From the NCBI GenBank assembly GCA_963787835.1, contig CAWBEI010000002.1, forward strand, positions 1,600,001 to 1,664,000: 64,000 bases of DNA, given 5' to 3'. Shown piece after piece: positions 49,410 to 59,968 of this stretch. Origin of the DNA: Ignavibacteriota bacterium (GTDB lineage: Bacteria > Bacteroidota > Ignavibacteria > Palsa-1295). The notes below the pieces were generated by a model. That model had not been told where the DNA came from. It worked only from the letters and a program-made list of their open reading frames with translations, and made no database searches. The position numbers and the translations under genes are program-made. Position 1 is the first letter of the stretch. The number at the start of each line of letters is the position of its first letter.

Positions 49410-50094
49410 GGCAATTCTGCTTTTCGTTGTGTTTGCCGTAGTGCCGAGCGGCGTTATCACGGCACAAACTTTTAGAGGTGACGCTTCAAATTTAGCTCTT
49501 GCAGATCGTGAAGCGCGCAACACCATTCCGTTGCCTTTCTCACTGTTAGTTCCCAAAGGCATTCGTCTGGGGTATGATATGAGAGCTTATATTGCAAGTC
49601 CGGAATTTGGAGTCTTCGATTCCATCGCATCCTCGGAAGAGACCTTTGACGAGATCTATTTCGAGGCGCTTGCTATGGCGCATGGGGATCTGCCGGATGC
49701 CTTGCTTGCAGCTTCCTTCGGCTCGTTCGAGCATCAGTTCATTCCGTTGACATTATTTGGAGCGGAGATCGATCTGCCGCTCACCAATGAGGATGTTGCC
49801 CGCTTCCGGCTACGAGTTTCGCATCTTCCAGGGCACCTCTATCGCATTCCGGAAGGGGATAAAGACAAGATCCAGCATTTCTACGCAAGCGCCTGGCTGA
49901 AGTCCATCTTTGGCATGGACTGGCTGGTACACCTTGCCGGTGAAGCCGTCGAAGAAGGAGAAACTTTATTTGTGATCGGCGATTCGCGAGACCCGCGTGA
50001 CGTTCATGCTAATGCCGATGGCGTCCGGTTCGAATTGCAAGCCGAACGACATCACGATGCACTTCCTTCCAAAAGCCTTACGCCGAATCCTTGA
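49402..50094 (+). CDS. Exported hypothetical protein
   Basis: GTG start overlapping the upstream stop; signal ITA-Q; DKIQHFY motif. Confidence 0.65.
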   Translation: MYKAILLFVVFAVVPSGVITAQTFRGDASNLALADREARNTIPLPFSLLVPKGIRLGYDMRAYIASPEFGVFDSIASSEETFDEIYFEALAMAHGDLPDALLAASFGSFEHQFIPLTLFGAEIDLPLTNEDVARFRLRVSHLPGHLYRIPEGDKDKIQHFYASAWLKSIFGMDWLVHLAGEAVEEGETLFVIGDSRDPRDVHANADGVRFELQAERHHDALPSKSLTPNP

Positions 50095-50099
50095 TCTGA

Positions 50100-50128
50100 G
50101 CAGGAAGGCTAAGGGAATCCTTCCTGCG
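50100..50128. terminator. Hairpin between convergent genes
   Basis: GCAGGAAGG-N10-CCTTCCTGC. Confidence 0.5.
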
Positions 50129-50132
50129 CTCG

Positions 50133-52268
50133 TTATCGCTTGACGCGGTAGTCTTCGATGGTCGCATGTTCCTTCTGGTTCTCGACCCAATCGGTGAGTA
50201 GCCGCTGTTCCTTTTCACGCATCAGTTCTTTGACGATGGTCGGTTTTGCGGCAGCAAAATCTTTCTGTGTAGGAATATTTCTTCCCATGAGTTTTGCAAC
50301 ATAGTACCCGTGTTCCCCTTTGAGCGGCGGACTGATCGTGCCGGGCTGTGCGCTGTATGCCCAATTATTGATGACATACTCTGAGGTTGGAAGCCCGTTC
50401 ACGGATTCAGCCGGTCCCATGAGAACGCTAATAGGGGCGAGCGAGGGATCATTCAACGCCGTGGCGGCTGTGGCCAGATCGCCGGTAGTCGCCACAGCGG
50501 CAGCAACCTGCTGAGCGCGAGGCGCGAGCGCAGCCACTGTTTTGCGAAGCGCAAGATCCTGTACGATCTGCTGTTTCACCTCTGCGAGGGGCTTCGGTCC
50601 TTCCGGAATAATATCGGTAAGTTGCGCAACGACGATGGCTCCTGCTTTTAATAAGCGCATCGGCTGTGAAACGTCTCCTTTGGAGGCGCTGAACATCCAA
50701 TCCACAAAAATATGGCTGCTGAAAATAGGTGGTCCTTTTCTGCCGACGGCTGGGGCATCGGTAATGGCATGAAGTCCGGAGGAGGTCGCAGCGGCGTCAA
50801 AGCCATCTTTCTCTGCCTTTTCGCGGAAGATATTAGCCATTTGCGATTCGAGATCGAGCGTTTGATGGCTTGGCTTTACCACCAACGGTACGCCGACGAT
50901 TCCCCACGCTTTTCGAGTTCGCTCTAATACCTGAAGCACATCATACCCTCTCGGATTTTCTACCGGGCCTATAACATCCCCCGGATTAGAAGCAGCAATA
51001 GGTGCGCGAAAGGTAACGGGGAGCATTGCGGTATCCAGCCATCCCATGTCTCCGCCATTGGTGGCATTACGTGCATCGGAAGAACGCGTTCTTGCCATCT
51101 CCGCGAAATTTGCGCCGGCTTTGATCTGCTGGAAGATCTGTTCGGCAACGGCGCGGGCGCTATCCTGTTGCTGCTGCGTTGGGGTAACGACGGTCTGAGG
51201 ATATCCCACCTGGATATGCCGAATGTGATACATAATGTGGGTTGCAGTATCGAGCACTTCGATGACTCGGAACGCGGTGATCTTTCCATCGATCTTTGCG
51301 ATTAAGTTATCACCGGCTTTCGCAGAGAGGAGGGTGGTGTCACTCCCCATTTTGTTCACTGTAACGGCATGACGGGGCATGTACGGGGCATCGCTGTAAT
51401 CCGCGGTCAGTTGCTTGGCAACCGTGTCGATATCGGAAAGAGGCGTTTCGGCGAGTCGCGCTTTGAGCGTGTTAGCAGTCTCCATCACGAGTGCGGTATC
51501 TCGCCCATTTGGCGCAAGTGGAAACCGAACGAACTTGAACTTTCGCTGCTCCGGCTGCTTGTAAAGCCAGGAATGTGAATCGTAATAAGCTTGGATCTCC
51601 TGCTCGGACACCTGAGAGATCGATTGCGGGGTGGGCTGTGGTGCCGGAATTTTGATGACCTGAACGATGGCCTTGGCGCTGTCCGTCATGTAGCGGATGA
51701 ATGCTTCGGTATCGGTCACACGAACGGTCGCGGCCATGGCCTGTTGCCATTTCATTTGGCGAAGCTGATCTCGGGCACTTGCTTCCATGAGCCGAACCCC
51801 GGAATCGTTACGCGGATCTCTCAGGGCTTTGATATAGTCATCCTGATGGAACCTGCCGGTAGAATCGGTGAAACGCTGTTTAATGTCGGCAGGAGGGCTG
51901 TTAAATAGCATATCCCGCACCTCATCATTCGTGACGGTGATGCCCATCTTTTCAATGCTCTGGGACTCGATGGCCTCTGAAACGGCTTCATCCCAGGCAT
52001 TCTGGGAAGCATCATCTTCATCGGCCTCTGAGAGATTCTCTATTTTGTTCTTCGCCTTCATTTGAGCTACAACGGACTCATAGATCTTATTATAATCCTG
52101 TTGCGTGATTGCACGGCCATTGACCGTACCTAAGGTGCCAGTTTCGCCTTTGGGTGAAAAAATGGTCCCTTGACCGCCCCATTGGAAGATAATCATGAGC
52201 AGGAAGATGCCGGCGAGCACGGCGAACACCACCGGCATCGAATCGCGCATCTTGGTCATTACTGGCAT
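50133..52268 (-). CDS. PpiD/SurA-family membrane-anchored parvulin chaperone
   Basis: N-terminal TM, SurA_N (GITVTNDEV), rotamase FAEMARTRSSD..GGDMGW. Confidence 0.9.
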   Translation of the reverse strand: MPVMTKMRDSMPVVFAVLAGIFLLMIIFQWGGQGTIFSPKGETGTLGTVNGRAITQQDYNKIYESVVAQMKAKNKIENLSEADEDDASQNAWDEAVSEAIESQSIEKMGITVTNDEVRDMLFNSPPADIKQRFTDSTGRFHQDDYIKALRDPRNDSGVRLMEASARDQLRQMKWQQAMAATVRVTDTEAFIRYMTDSAKAIVQVIKIPAPQPTPQSISQVSEQEIQAYYDSHSWLYKQPEQRKFKFVRFPLAPNGRDTALVMETANTLKARLAETPLSDIDTVAKQLTADYSDAPYMPRHAVTVNKMGSDTTLLSAKAGDNLIAKIDGKITAFRVIEVLDTATHIMYHIRHIQVGYPQTVVTPTQQQQDSARAVAEQIFQQIKAGANFAEMARTRSSDARNATNGGDMGWLDTAMLPVTFRAPIAASNPGDVIGPVENPRGYDVLQVLERTRKAWGIVGVPLVVKPSHQTLDLESQMANIFREKAEKDGFDAAATSSGLHAITDAPAVGRKGPPIFSSHIFVDWMFSASKGDVSQPMRLLKAGAIVVAQLTDIIPEGPKPLAEVKQQIVQDLALRKTVAALAPRAQQVAAAVATTGDLATAATALNDPSLAPISVLMGPAESVNGLPTSEYVINNWAYSAQPGTISPPLKGEHGYYVAKLMGRNIPTQKDFAAAKPTIVKELMREKEQRLLTDWVENQKEHATIEDYRVKR

Positions 52269-52401
52269 AGAATCAAACTTTCTGTCGAATGTGAGTTAAA
52301 AATAAGACCTTTGGAGGCCTAAACGGTATATTGTAAACGAGAGCGAACAACAGCAACCACCCGCGAAAAAGTGCGCCTATCCATAGGATAATTGAGGAAT
52401 T

Positions 52402-53055
52402 CTATCGGGGGTCGATCGTGTCGTGTTGCTGGGAATGAGCCGGCGTTTCCAGCAAGTCCATAGTGCACAGCGGTTCCAGCAATCCGATCAACTGCCTGCA
52501 TTTTGCTTCGAATTCCTCCTGACTTCCCGAATTTTCGAGGTAAAAATCCGCTTCGGCATGTGCTTCAGGGCCATAATCCTGCTCAGCAAGGCGGGCCTCT
52601 GCCTGCGATCGCGTCAGGCGGCCTTCCTGAATTACCCGCTGTATCGATGCTTCCTCCGGCGATTCGATAAGCACGATATAATCGAATATCTCCTGAAATC
52701 GCGTCTTCAAAATAAGCGCCGATTCCACCGCGACCGGCCGGGGACTCTCGGCCAGAAAGATCTTCTCCACTTCCCTCGTAACTGCGGGATGAACCACGGA
52801 TTCCACCTTCGCAAGCAGCGATTTATCATGAAAAATTTGCGAGGCCACAAACGCTCGATCTAATTTTCCATCGAAATAAGTCTTTTGACCCAGAATACCA
52901 ATTAGCTGTTCGCGAACCGTGCCATCCCGCTCCATCAGCTCGCGGGCGAGATCATCCGAATGGATAATTTGGAATCCATGCTCCGCCATTAGCCGCAGCA
53001 GCACCGATTTCCCGCTGCCAAGCTTTCCTGTTATGCCGATTCGAACTGAGCGCAT
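52402..53055 (-). CDS. coaE: Dephospho-CoA kinase
   Basis: IGITGKLGSGKS, LDR, VHPAV, ESALI, ENSGS. Confidence 0.93.
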   Translation of the reverse strand: MRSVRIGITGKLGSGKSVLLRLMAEHGFQIIHSDDLARELMERDGTVREQLIGILGQKTYFDGKLDRAFVASQIFHDKSLLAKVESVVHPAVTREVEKIFLAESPRPVAVESALILKTRFQEIFDYIVLIESPEEASIQRVIQEGRLTRSQAEARLAEQDYGPEAHAEADFYLENSGSQEEFEAKCRQLIGLLEPLCTMDLLETPAHSQQHDTIDPR

Positions 53056-53438
53056 ACCAACTCAACAAACGCGCAGACGCTTATGTGCTTTTCGATATGG
53101 CGATTCCAAGCCGTTTTCGGCAACTGAACCCCCAATTTTTTTTACATATTCATTTAATGAACTTATGCAAATTCAATACAATTTTTCATGAATGTTGAAA
53201 TAGACATCTACGAGTTCCGCAAAAATCAAAATTTCGTATGTTTCAAAATTATACACCTGTCCCAAAATCGTACATTGCGAATTTAATATTTTTTCATTAA
53301 ATTTCAAAATAGTGTTGAAACATAGAATGTATTGCTTTTCTTCATGTTTGCATAAGGCATTTTGTCGATGAAAATTCAGCAGGATGCATACCGTCCCAGA
53401 ATAGTTCTCGTGTCTCGATACTGGAATTTTTCTGGAAT

Positions 53439-53473
53439 AAAAAAAGGGACAAGCAACTGTCATTGCTCGTCCC
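53439..53473 (-). terminator. Minus-strand intrinsic terminator with no upstream minus-strand gene
   Basis: Reverse complement GGGACGAGCAA-tgacag-TTGCTTGTCCC-TTTTTTT; the G-U pair forms only on the minus strand. Confidence 0.6.
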
Positions 53474-53500
53474 CGATTACTCTAAACAATCACGCTCAGT

Positions 53501-53573
53501 AACTGGATTCGTGACGTTTTCGAGTGACAGTCTAATCCGTCGCGAATCCAGTTTAGTTTCAACTAAACTGGAT
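53501..53573 (+). promoter_or_regulatory. 5' leader with two mutually exclusive hairpins
   Basis: 53501-16/53538-53 (16 bp) versus 53546-58/53561-73 (13 bp), sharing ATCCAGTT. Confidence 0.55.
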
Positions 53574-53575
53574 CT

Positions 53576-56332
53576 ATGAAAAACCATAAATACAAACACT
53601 TCGCAGCGGCTGCGATGACGCTGCTTCTCTTCGCGGGGATGGTGCATGCGCAACAGGCGCAGACCGTTTCTGCTCCCCGGACGCTCTCCTATCAGGGCGT
53701 TCTTTCTTCCAACGGCGCTGGCGGAAACATTTCTGCCGGAACCCGGTTATTAACAGTAACACTCTATGGGGATGCCAATGGTACCGTTAAACTCTGGCAA
53801 GGCGCTATGAATACACCGGTCGATGCGAACGGCGTGTTCAACGTCATGCTTGGCACGGCAGATAATCCTCTGCCGCCACCCGCCTCGATGGATCGAGCAA
53901 TTTGGCTCGGAGTTTCCATCGATAATGCGCCGGAACTGCGGCCACTTTCGGAGGTCACGGCTTCGGTGTATGCGATCAACGTCGCCGATAGTTCTATAAC
54001 GACTAGCAAAATCGTTGCCGGCGCAATTACTAGTGATAAGCTAGCTTCTGGATCCGTTACTTCCGATAAGCTGAACATGGACTATATTTCATCCATCACC
54101 GTAAACGGTGAACAGGTTACTTCGAAAGGGGCGAATCTTGACATCGAAGGCGGTCCGGGAATCATGGTCTCATTCGTGCGTGATTCAAACGAGTTAATAT
54201 TAACCAGCACTACTAACACTGGCCAGCCTGCGCCTATTGAGAATGGTACTGTGAATTGGGGTGAGACCGGGAACTATCAAATAGCGGTGCCAACGGAATT
54301 TCTTGGGACGACTGATACCAGTTCCGCCATGGAAATCCATCTTGAAGATGCCTCGAAAGGAGCAACGACAACCGATATTCAGAGGGTGGTTCATCTGCAA
54401 TATGAGGCTGCATCGCCTAATATCACCATGGGTTATGGTTCCGGTTCACTTACAGGAAACATTATCGGGAACGCCTCCGGCGGAAGCACTGTCAGTGGCT
54501 CAACAATCTCTGGCGGCGGACTTTCTGGTAAAATAAACTCCATTAATGGGAACTACTCGACTATTGGCGGCGGCGATACCAACGTTATAAACAGTAATCA
54601 CTCTTTTATCGGAGGCGGAGAATACAATCGTATTGATTCCATGCCTGTTTACTCATTCATTGGTGGTGGAGATAGCAATCACATAGGCCCTGGCCCAATC
54701 AGTTATTCTGTCGTTGGAGGTGGTCAATATAATACCATCACCAACATTGTGGGAACAAACCCATGGACTGAAGGAACAGAATGGCATGTGCTCTGTGGAG
54801 GGCGAAAAAATGCGATCATTACCGACATCAATGCGACCATGAATCCTCCGGGTGATACGGAGCAATATTTCATGGGTGCCGAAATGCTTGGTGGCGGAGA
54901 AAGCGATACGTTAGACGGACCCTGGGGATTTATTGGAGGAGGTAAAAATAACATTATCGCCAATGAGGTTCCACCTCTAGATGATGACGCAGGCGATCAA
55001 ATGACGTATGATGTTATATCGGGTGGTCAGCAGAACAGTATCGATACTCTATCTTCACAATCGTTCATCGGAGGAGGTTTTCGCAACCACATAGCAGGAC
55101 AAGGTTTGTACCCTGGCGGAACTGGTGGAAATTTTAATGATTCGGCATGGGCCAATTTGGATGTCATTGCTGGCGGCAGCCAAAACCGCATCCGTTCTGC
55201 CAATGAAGCCGCGATCACAGGTGGCTATACGAACCTGATCGACACCGGTGCCAATTATTCCTTCATTGGAGGAGGTTATAAGAACATTATTCAAGGGCCA
55301 CTATCTGTAATTGGGGGAGGCGAGAGAAATTACATCTACAACATCAATGCCGATCACAACGTCATTGGTGGTGGATTAAACAATATCGAACAAAATCCGA
55401 GCTATGGCGTGATTGCTGGAGGAGCCTACAATCTGCTGGATACGGCAGCATGGGGAAGTGGAATCCTGTCAGGAGACTATGACACGATTTATACGCAACT
55501 CGGTGCCATCGGAGGCGGACGCTACAACTCCGAGGACAATATCAATGATTACGGCGCCGGTATTGCATCTGGCGAGAGAAATCACACGAATGCGAATCTC
55601 GCGTTCATCGGTGGTGGCCAGTATAATCAGGCTTTTTCTGACTTTTCTACGGTCGGTGGAGGGCAGGATAACATCATCACTTCCAGTTCCGACCACGCAT
55701 CCGTCCCCGGTGGTGATAGCCTGATTGCCAATAGCTACGCCCAAACGGTCGTCGGATATAATAATCTGGAGACAAGCACGGCGGTCACTAAAGCACAAGC
55801 TGTGGCTGGTGTTGCTGGCAGCACGCTTGACAGACCGCTCTTCATTGTTGGCAACGGGAAAACTGCGAGCACTGGAAATCGTGCGAATGCCTTCGAGGTG
55901 TCTTACGATGGACACTCAGTTGTGCATGACGTTCTGGGCGACATCTCCAGTGCGAGGGTACCAGTTGTAGGAGGCGAATATAAGGATAATGTAATTGTTG
56001 CGTGGGCCGATGTAGCCGCAAACGCTACTATCAATCATAGCTTTGGAGTTGCAACTGTTGTTGAGGAGCCGTTCCCAAACACTAATGTTTACGTGGTAAC
56101 ATTGAATATTGTTGACCCCGAAACAGGCGCTGCGGTGATACTTAATGATGCATCAATCGTTGCTACACCGCAAGGCACGGGAGGAATTGGCGATGCGGAC
56201 GGTTGTATTACGCTTAATTGCTCTGAGATTGGAAATCCCGTCGCAGGAACCAATGAGTTCATCGTACGTACCTACTTGAGTTGCGCCGCCAATCCGGAGC
56301 CATTCTTCTTTCAGGTCGTAGGCCGTCATTAA
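53576..56332 (+). CDS. Secreted fibre/adhesin-like protein with IGGG-x-N beta-roll repeats
   Basis: Signal VHA-Q; LSYQGVL...GVFNVMLG...WLGVSI N-terminal domain; many S-F-I-GGG-x-x-N repeats; LFIVGNG...NAFEV. Confidence 0.75.
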   Translation: MKNHKYKHFAAAAMTLLLFAGMVHAQQAQTVSAPRTLSYQGVLSSNGAGGNISAGTRLLTVTLYGDANGTVKLWQGAMNTPVDANGVFNVMLGTADNPLPPPASMDRAIWLGVSIDNAPELRPLSEVTASVYAINVADSSITTSKIVAGAITSDKLASGSVTSDKLNMDYISSITVNGEQVTSKGANLDIEGGPGIMVSFVRDSNELILTSTTNTGQPAPIENGTVNWGETGNYQIAVPTEFLGTTDTSSAMEIHLEDASKGATTTDIQRVVHLQYEAASPNITMGYGSGSLTGNIIGNASGGSTVSGSTISGGGLSGKINSINGNYSTIGGGDTNVINSNHSFIGGGEYNRIDSMPVYSFIGGGDSNHIGPGPISYSVVGGGQYNTITNIVGTNPWTEGTEWHVLCGGRKNAIITDINATMNPPGDTEQYFMGAEMLGGGESDTLDGPWGFIGGGKNNIIANEVPPLDDDAGDQMTYDVISGGQQNSIDTLSSQSFIGGGFRNHIAGQGLYPGGTGGNFNDSAWANLDVIAGGSQNRIRSANEAAITGGYTNLIDTGANYSFIGGGYKNIIQGPLSVIGGGERNYIYNINADHNVIGGGLNNIEQNPSYGVIAGGAYNLLDTAAWGSGILSGDYDTIYTQLGAIGGGRYNSEDNINDYGAGIASGERNHTNANLAFIGGGQYNQAFSDFSTVGGGQDNIITSSSDHASVPGGDSLIANSYAQTVVGYNNLETSTAVTKAQAVAGVAGSTLDRPLFIVGNGKTASTGNRANAFEVSYDGHSVVHDVLGDISSARVPVVGGEYKDNVIVAWADVAANATINHSFGVATVVEEPFPNTNVYVVTLNIVDPETGAAVILNDASIVATPQGTGGIGDADGCITLNCSEIGNPVAGTNEFIVRTYLSCAANPEPFFFQVVGRH

Positions 56333-56356
56333 TACTTACTAATAACAATCACCGAT

Positions 56357-58237
56357 TTGCTGAAAAGAGAGTTCAACCAGTCGAATACCAGACCTACCAA
56401 AGTGGGTCTGGTATTCCTGTTTTTTAAGTTGTTTTCTTTGGTCTTCTTAACCTTTGTTCTGGAATATTCTTCCCCATGCCAGGCGCAATGGAAACAACTC
56501 TTGAATCTCGGAGAATTTGGTGGAACTTTATCTTTCAGTTGTATTTATTTTATCGATCTTCCTGGGCCGCCCAGAATTGGTTTTCTTGGTACAAACTTGC
56601 AACTTTATGGCGATTCTCTGGCAAGTTTAATATATAAAACAACCGATGGAGGTATGAGTTGGCATATTGTTAATATTGATTTCGCTTGCAATGACGTTAA
56701 CGATATTACATTCAAAGATTCCTTGATAGGATGGGTTGCGACTGGCGAAGGCGGCTGCTATAAAACTACAGATGGCGGCGAAACATGGTTCAATGTTACT
56801 ATTCCCCCTCCCGGCTACGGAAGTGGCATAGCAACTGGTGTATACTACGATCAAGGATCAGGTGGTCTTTTTCTTTCAACATTCGCAAGTGATGCACCAG
56901 TCTATTATGGACAAGATGAATTATCCTGGGATGAAGGAGCGACATGGCAGCCATTTGCCTACGTTGGAAACGAAGAATCGGGGGGGTTTGCATTTTCCAG
57001 TGGTGACACTGGACTAATGGCTTGGAATGATCTTTATCCCGCCTCGTGGTGGAGGACTACGGATGGTGGACAATCTTGGACCACACTTTCAATTGACTCC
57101 ATGTGCTGGCAACCACTCGCAATTCCTGAAACCCAAACATATTTTGCAAACACTCCATATGGCACGATCCTTCGCACAGATGACGCCGGTGTCACCTGGG
57201 ATTCAATTTACTCCTTTCCACCACAATATAGTCTCAATAGTGGTGAGTATATTTATGAACCGAACGGTAGTATATCAAGCGGTTGTATTCGCGGTACATT
57301 AGACAGTCTTTACGTGATGGTTTGTTCAGGTTGCTACCTTTCCACAGATCAAGGCTTATCGTGGAAATCCCTTTGCAGCCCGCCAATACTCAGGGAGCCA
57401 GTTCAGAGATTTTATGTAAAAAGCAACAGAATTTACATTATTGCAAATGAAGATACGACCGGAAATTCCACGCCTTCTCTTTGGATGTTGGATATGGATT
57501 CTCTCAATACGGTCGTATTAAGTTCGTCCGTGCAGTTGGGTAATGGGTTAAAGCAGGAAACCATTTATTCGGGGGATACGGTACAGGTGTATTATCTTTC
57601 TGATTCAGGGCTTGGTTCTGAGATTGGGAGCGATTCTATTTCCATTAGCATTTCATTCGATACGAATTCACTTTCACTCGTGCATTTCGAACTGGATTCC
57701 GGTTGGAGCATTAAAGATTCTTCCTACTCAAACGGAACGTATCATTTGCTGCTTGTCTCTTCGGATTCTTTGGGATTAGATAGTTCCGCCGTGATTCTTC
57801 GCGCGGATTTTGCATCGTATCTATCATCCACGCCCCAAAGCAAGGTATATCTGGATAGCGTGCATTTCTATGGTCGTCGCCTGAACTGCGATTGCGCAGT
57901 AGCTTCGGTCACCGGCGCTGATTCCGTCGAAATAGATTTCCAGGGTTGCGGTGATTCGCTTCTTCTTGCGGCGATGAGTGGCAAGCCGCTGTTCACGATC
58001 GAGAGCATTCAGCCGAATCCGGCAGCGAACCTCTTGCAGGTCAATTTTTCCAATCCTACTTCAGCGGCAATTTCTTATCAAATCATCGACGCTCTCGGCC
58101 AAACACGCCTGAATGGTATGACGTTAGGCGCTGCCTTATCGCTGGATGTATCCTCGCTGCCGGCAGGAATCTATTTCATTCGCGCTATAAGCGAGAACGG
58201 TTACTCCGTTTCCAGTAAACTGGCGATTGTGCGATAG
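56357..58237 (+). CDS. BNR/YCF48-repeat protein with cohesin-like domain and T9SS CTD
   Basis: TTDGG.xW repeats; PNPA...IDALG...LPAGIYFIR; start uncertain. Confidence 0.82.
   Translation: MLKREFNQSNTRPTKVGLVFLFFKLFSLVFLTFVLEYSSPCQAQWKQLLNLGEFGGTLSFSCIYFIDLPGPPRIGFLGTNLQLYGDSLASLIYKTTDGGMSWHIVNIDFACNDVNDITFKDSLIGWVATGEGGCYKTTDGGETWFNVTIPPPGYGSGIATGVYYDQGSGGLFLSTFASDAPVYYGQDELSWDEGATWQPFAYVGNEESGGFAFSSGDTGLMAWNDLYPASWWRTTDGGQSWTTLSIDSMCWQPLAIPETQTYFANTPYGTILRTDDAGVTWDSIYSFPPQYSLNSGEYIYEPNGSISSGCIRGTLDSLYVMVCSGCYLSTDQGLSWKSLCSPPILREPVQRFYVKSNRIYIIANEDTTGNSTPSLWMLDMDSLNTVVLSSSVQLGNGLKQETIYSGDTVQVYYLSDSGLGSEIGSDSISISISFDTNSLSLVHFELDSGWSIKDSSYSNGTYHLLLVSSDSLGLDSSAVILRADFASYLSSTPQSKVYLDSVHFYGRRLNCDCAVASVTGADSVEIDFQGCGDSLLLAAMSGKPLFTIESIQPNPAANLLQVNFSNPTSAAISYQIIDALGQTRLNGMTLGAALSLDVSSLPAGIYFIRAISENGYSVSSKLAIVR
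56383..56425 (+). terminator. Intrinsic terminator
   Basis: GAATACCAGACCTAC-caaa-GTGGGTCTGGTATTC-ctgTTTTTT. Confidence 0.7.
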
Positions 58238-58267
58238 GGCAGGAAGCGAATTGCCTCTTCCAGCGTT

Positions 58268-59881
58268 GTGTGTGGCGTGGAGGGTGTTCGCCCATATATC
58301 GTTGTCCTTGCCGTCGTCAGCGCCGTGATGCTGGTGGCTACGCTGTTCTATCCGTTCGGGTACGATCAGGCGGTGTTTAGCGTGGGCGGGGAGATGGTGC
58401 TGAAGGGCGCCGTCCCATACCGCGATTTTCTCGATACGAAACAGCCGCTCATCTTTTATATCTATGCGGTTGCGTTAGGGTTGTTCGGTCGGCATGAGTG
58501 GTCGATTCATCTTTTAGATATATGCTATCAGTTTGGCGCGGCATTTTACTTCTTCAGGATCTTGCGGCGGGAGCTTTCTTTTGAGACGTCGCTGCTTTCG
58601 GCATCGCTGATGCTTATGCTGTATGCCGGTTCCGGCTTTTGGATGACGTGCGAAGCCGAAAGCTTTGCGATCCTTCCCTCGCTGCTGCTTGTCGATGTTA
58701 CCCTGCGTACAGTCACCTCGAAGCGGCTCGCGAAAGACCGGTTTGCCTTTCAGTATGGATTGCTTGCAGGCGTGGCCGTCGTGTGGTTATTCGTGTTGAA
58801 GATCACGCTGGTCTTAGGTGGATTTGCCGCGATGGTATTCGTGCTTTCACGTCCGGGCATAAGTTCCAAGATGAAATGGAGAGCTTCCATTGCGCCGACA
58901 ACCTCCTCCCTGGCGCTGGGACTATTCTCCATATTTGCGCTGTGGTGGTTGGATGCGCTTGAACCATTCCTGCAATCGCTGGACTGGCTGCGCCATTACA
59001 GCTCGATCGGGGGTGGGGCTTCGATTTTCGAACTCGTCTTTCTTACGTTCCCGGAACGATTAGCGTATTCTACTTCCATCTCGCTGCTTGTATTTGCGGT
59101 GCTTGGCATCGTTCTCTGCGTCAAAAAGAAACAAGGAGACCAACGGCGGCCACTGTTAACCTTGTTATTGATGACGGGTATCATCCAACTCTTCGGTGTG
59201 CTGCTGGAGCGAAAAATAGAATTCCCATATCAATTTACACGGGCGCTCTGGGCATTTACCCCGTTCATGGCGCTGGGGCTGGAATCCTGCATCCGCTGGC
59301 TGCAGAAGCTTCGTAAACTGGGCGGGGCCGTTCGCATGGGGATCATAGCGGTATGTGTTGTGGCTATTCTATTACTTTCGCCGCTTCCGAGATTATTTAC
59401 ACAAACGATACCGTGGGCAACATTCGCCATATCCGGGAACGATGCGGACGCAGAAGTTCAGCGTCGCATTCCCGACTATTTTGCGGAGGAACAACACCAA
59501 GTGGCAGATTACTTAAGACCAAGTATGTCCAATAACGATCAATGTTTCTTTTGGGGGAATGATGTTGCGATTTATTTTTTCTCGAACACCCTTCCGCGAA
59601 CGATCTGCCTGACAGCCACGCCGTTTCGCAGCAGTTCCACGCCTCAACAATGGAAAACAAAACTGATTCAGCAGCTAACGGACACGCCGCCGAAATATTT
59701 TATTGTCGAGTTCGGTGACCCGCGTCCCTATATTACAGGAAGTCCGCTGGATTCGTATCAAGCACTGTTTGCATGGCCAAGACTTGAATCGTTCCTGACA
59801 TCAGATTACACACCGGACACTACGATCGGGCATTTTCATATTTTCTGTCAGGACCAAGATTTGGGGCGATTCAAAGATTAA
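58268..59881 (+). CDS. GT-C (ArnT/PMT-like) membrane glycosyltransferase
   Basis: DQAVF..G, PYRDFLDTKQPLIFY, EAESF; many TM segments. Confidence 0.8.
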   Translation: MCGVEGVRPYIVVLAVVSAVMLVATLFYPFGYDQAVFSVGGEMVLKGAVPYRDFLDTKQPLIFYIYAVALGLFGRHEWSIHLLDICYQFGAAFYFFRILRRELSFETSLLSASLMLMLYAGSGFWMTCEAESFAILPSLLLVDVTLRTVTSKRLAKDRFAFQYGLLAGVAVVWLFVLKITLVLGGFAAMVFVLSRPGISSKMKWRASIAPTTSSLALGLFSIFALWWLDALEPFLQSLDWLRHYSSIGGGASIFELVFLTFPERLAYSTSISLLVFAVLGIVLCVKKKQGDQRRPLLTLLLMTGIIQLFGVLLERKIEFPYQFTRALWAFTPFMALGLESCIRWLQKLRKLGGAVRMGIIAVCVVAILLLSPLPRLFTQTIPWATFAISGNDADAEVQRRIPDYFAEEQHQVADYLRPSMSNNDQCFFWGNDVAIYFFSNTLPRTICLTATPFRSSSTPQQWKTKLIQQLTDTPPKYFIVEFGDPRPYITGSPLDSYQALFAWPRLESFLTSDYTPDTTIGHFHIFCQDQDLGRFKD

Positions 59882-59968
59882 GTAGATGGGGAAATCCTAT
59901 TCTATTGCACAATCCTGAAAATCGATCCGCGTGATCGCCTCAAAATCCGAGTAATCCAGGTTCTTTCC

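Noticed and set aside
53056-53440. oriC in the AT-rich gap
   Set aside because: No cluster of TTATCCACA-like boxes (one weak TTATACACC) and no dnaA, gidA or par genes nearby; a divergent promoter region explains it.
53576-56332. Prophage tail fibre or prophage region
   Set aside because: The protein has a Sec signal peptide and no phage genes are adjacent.
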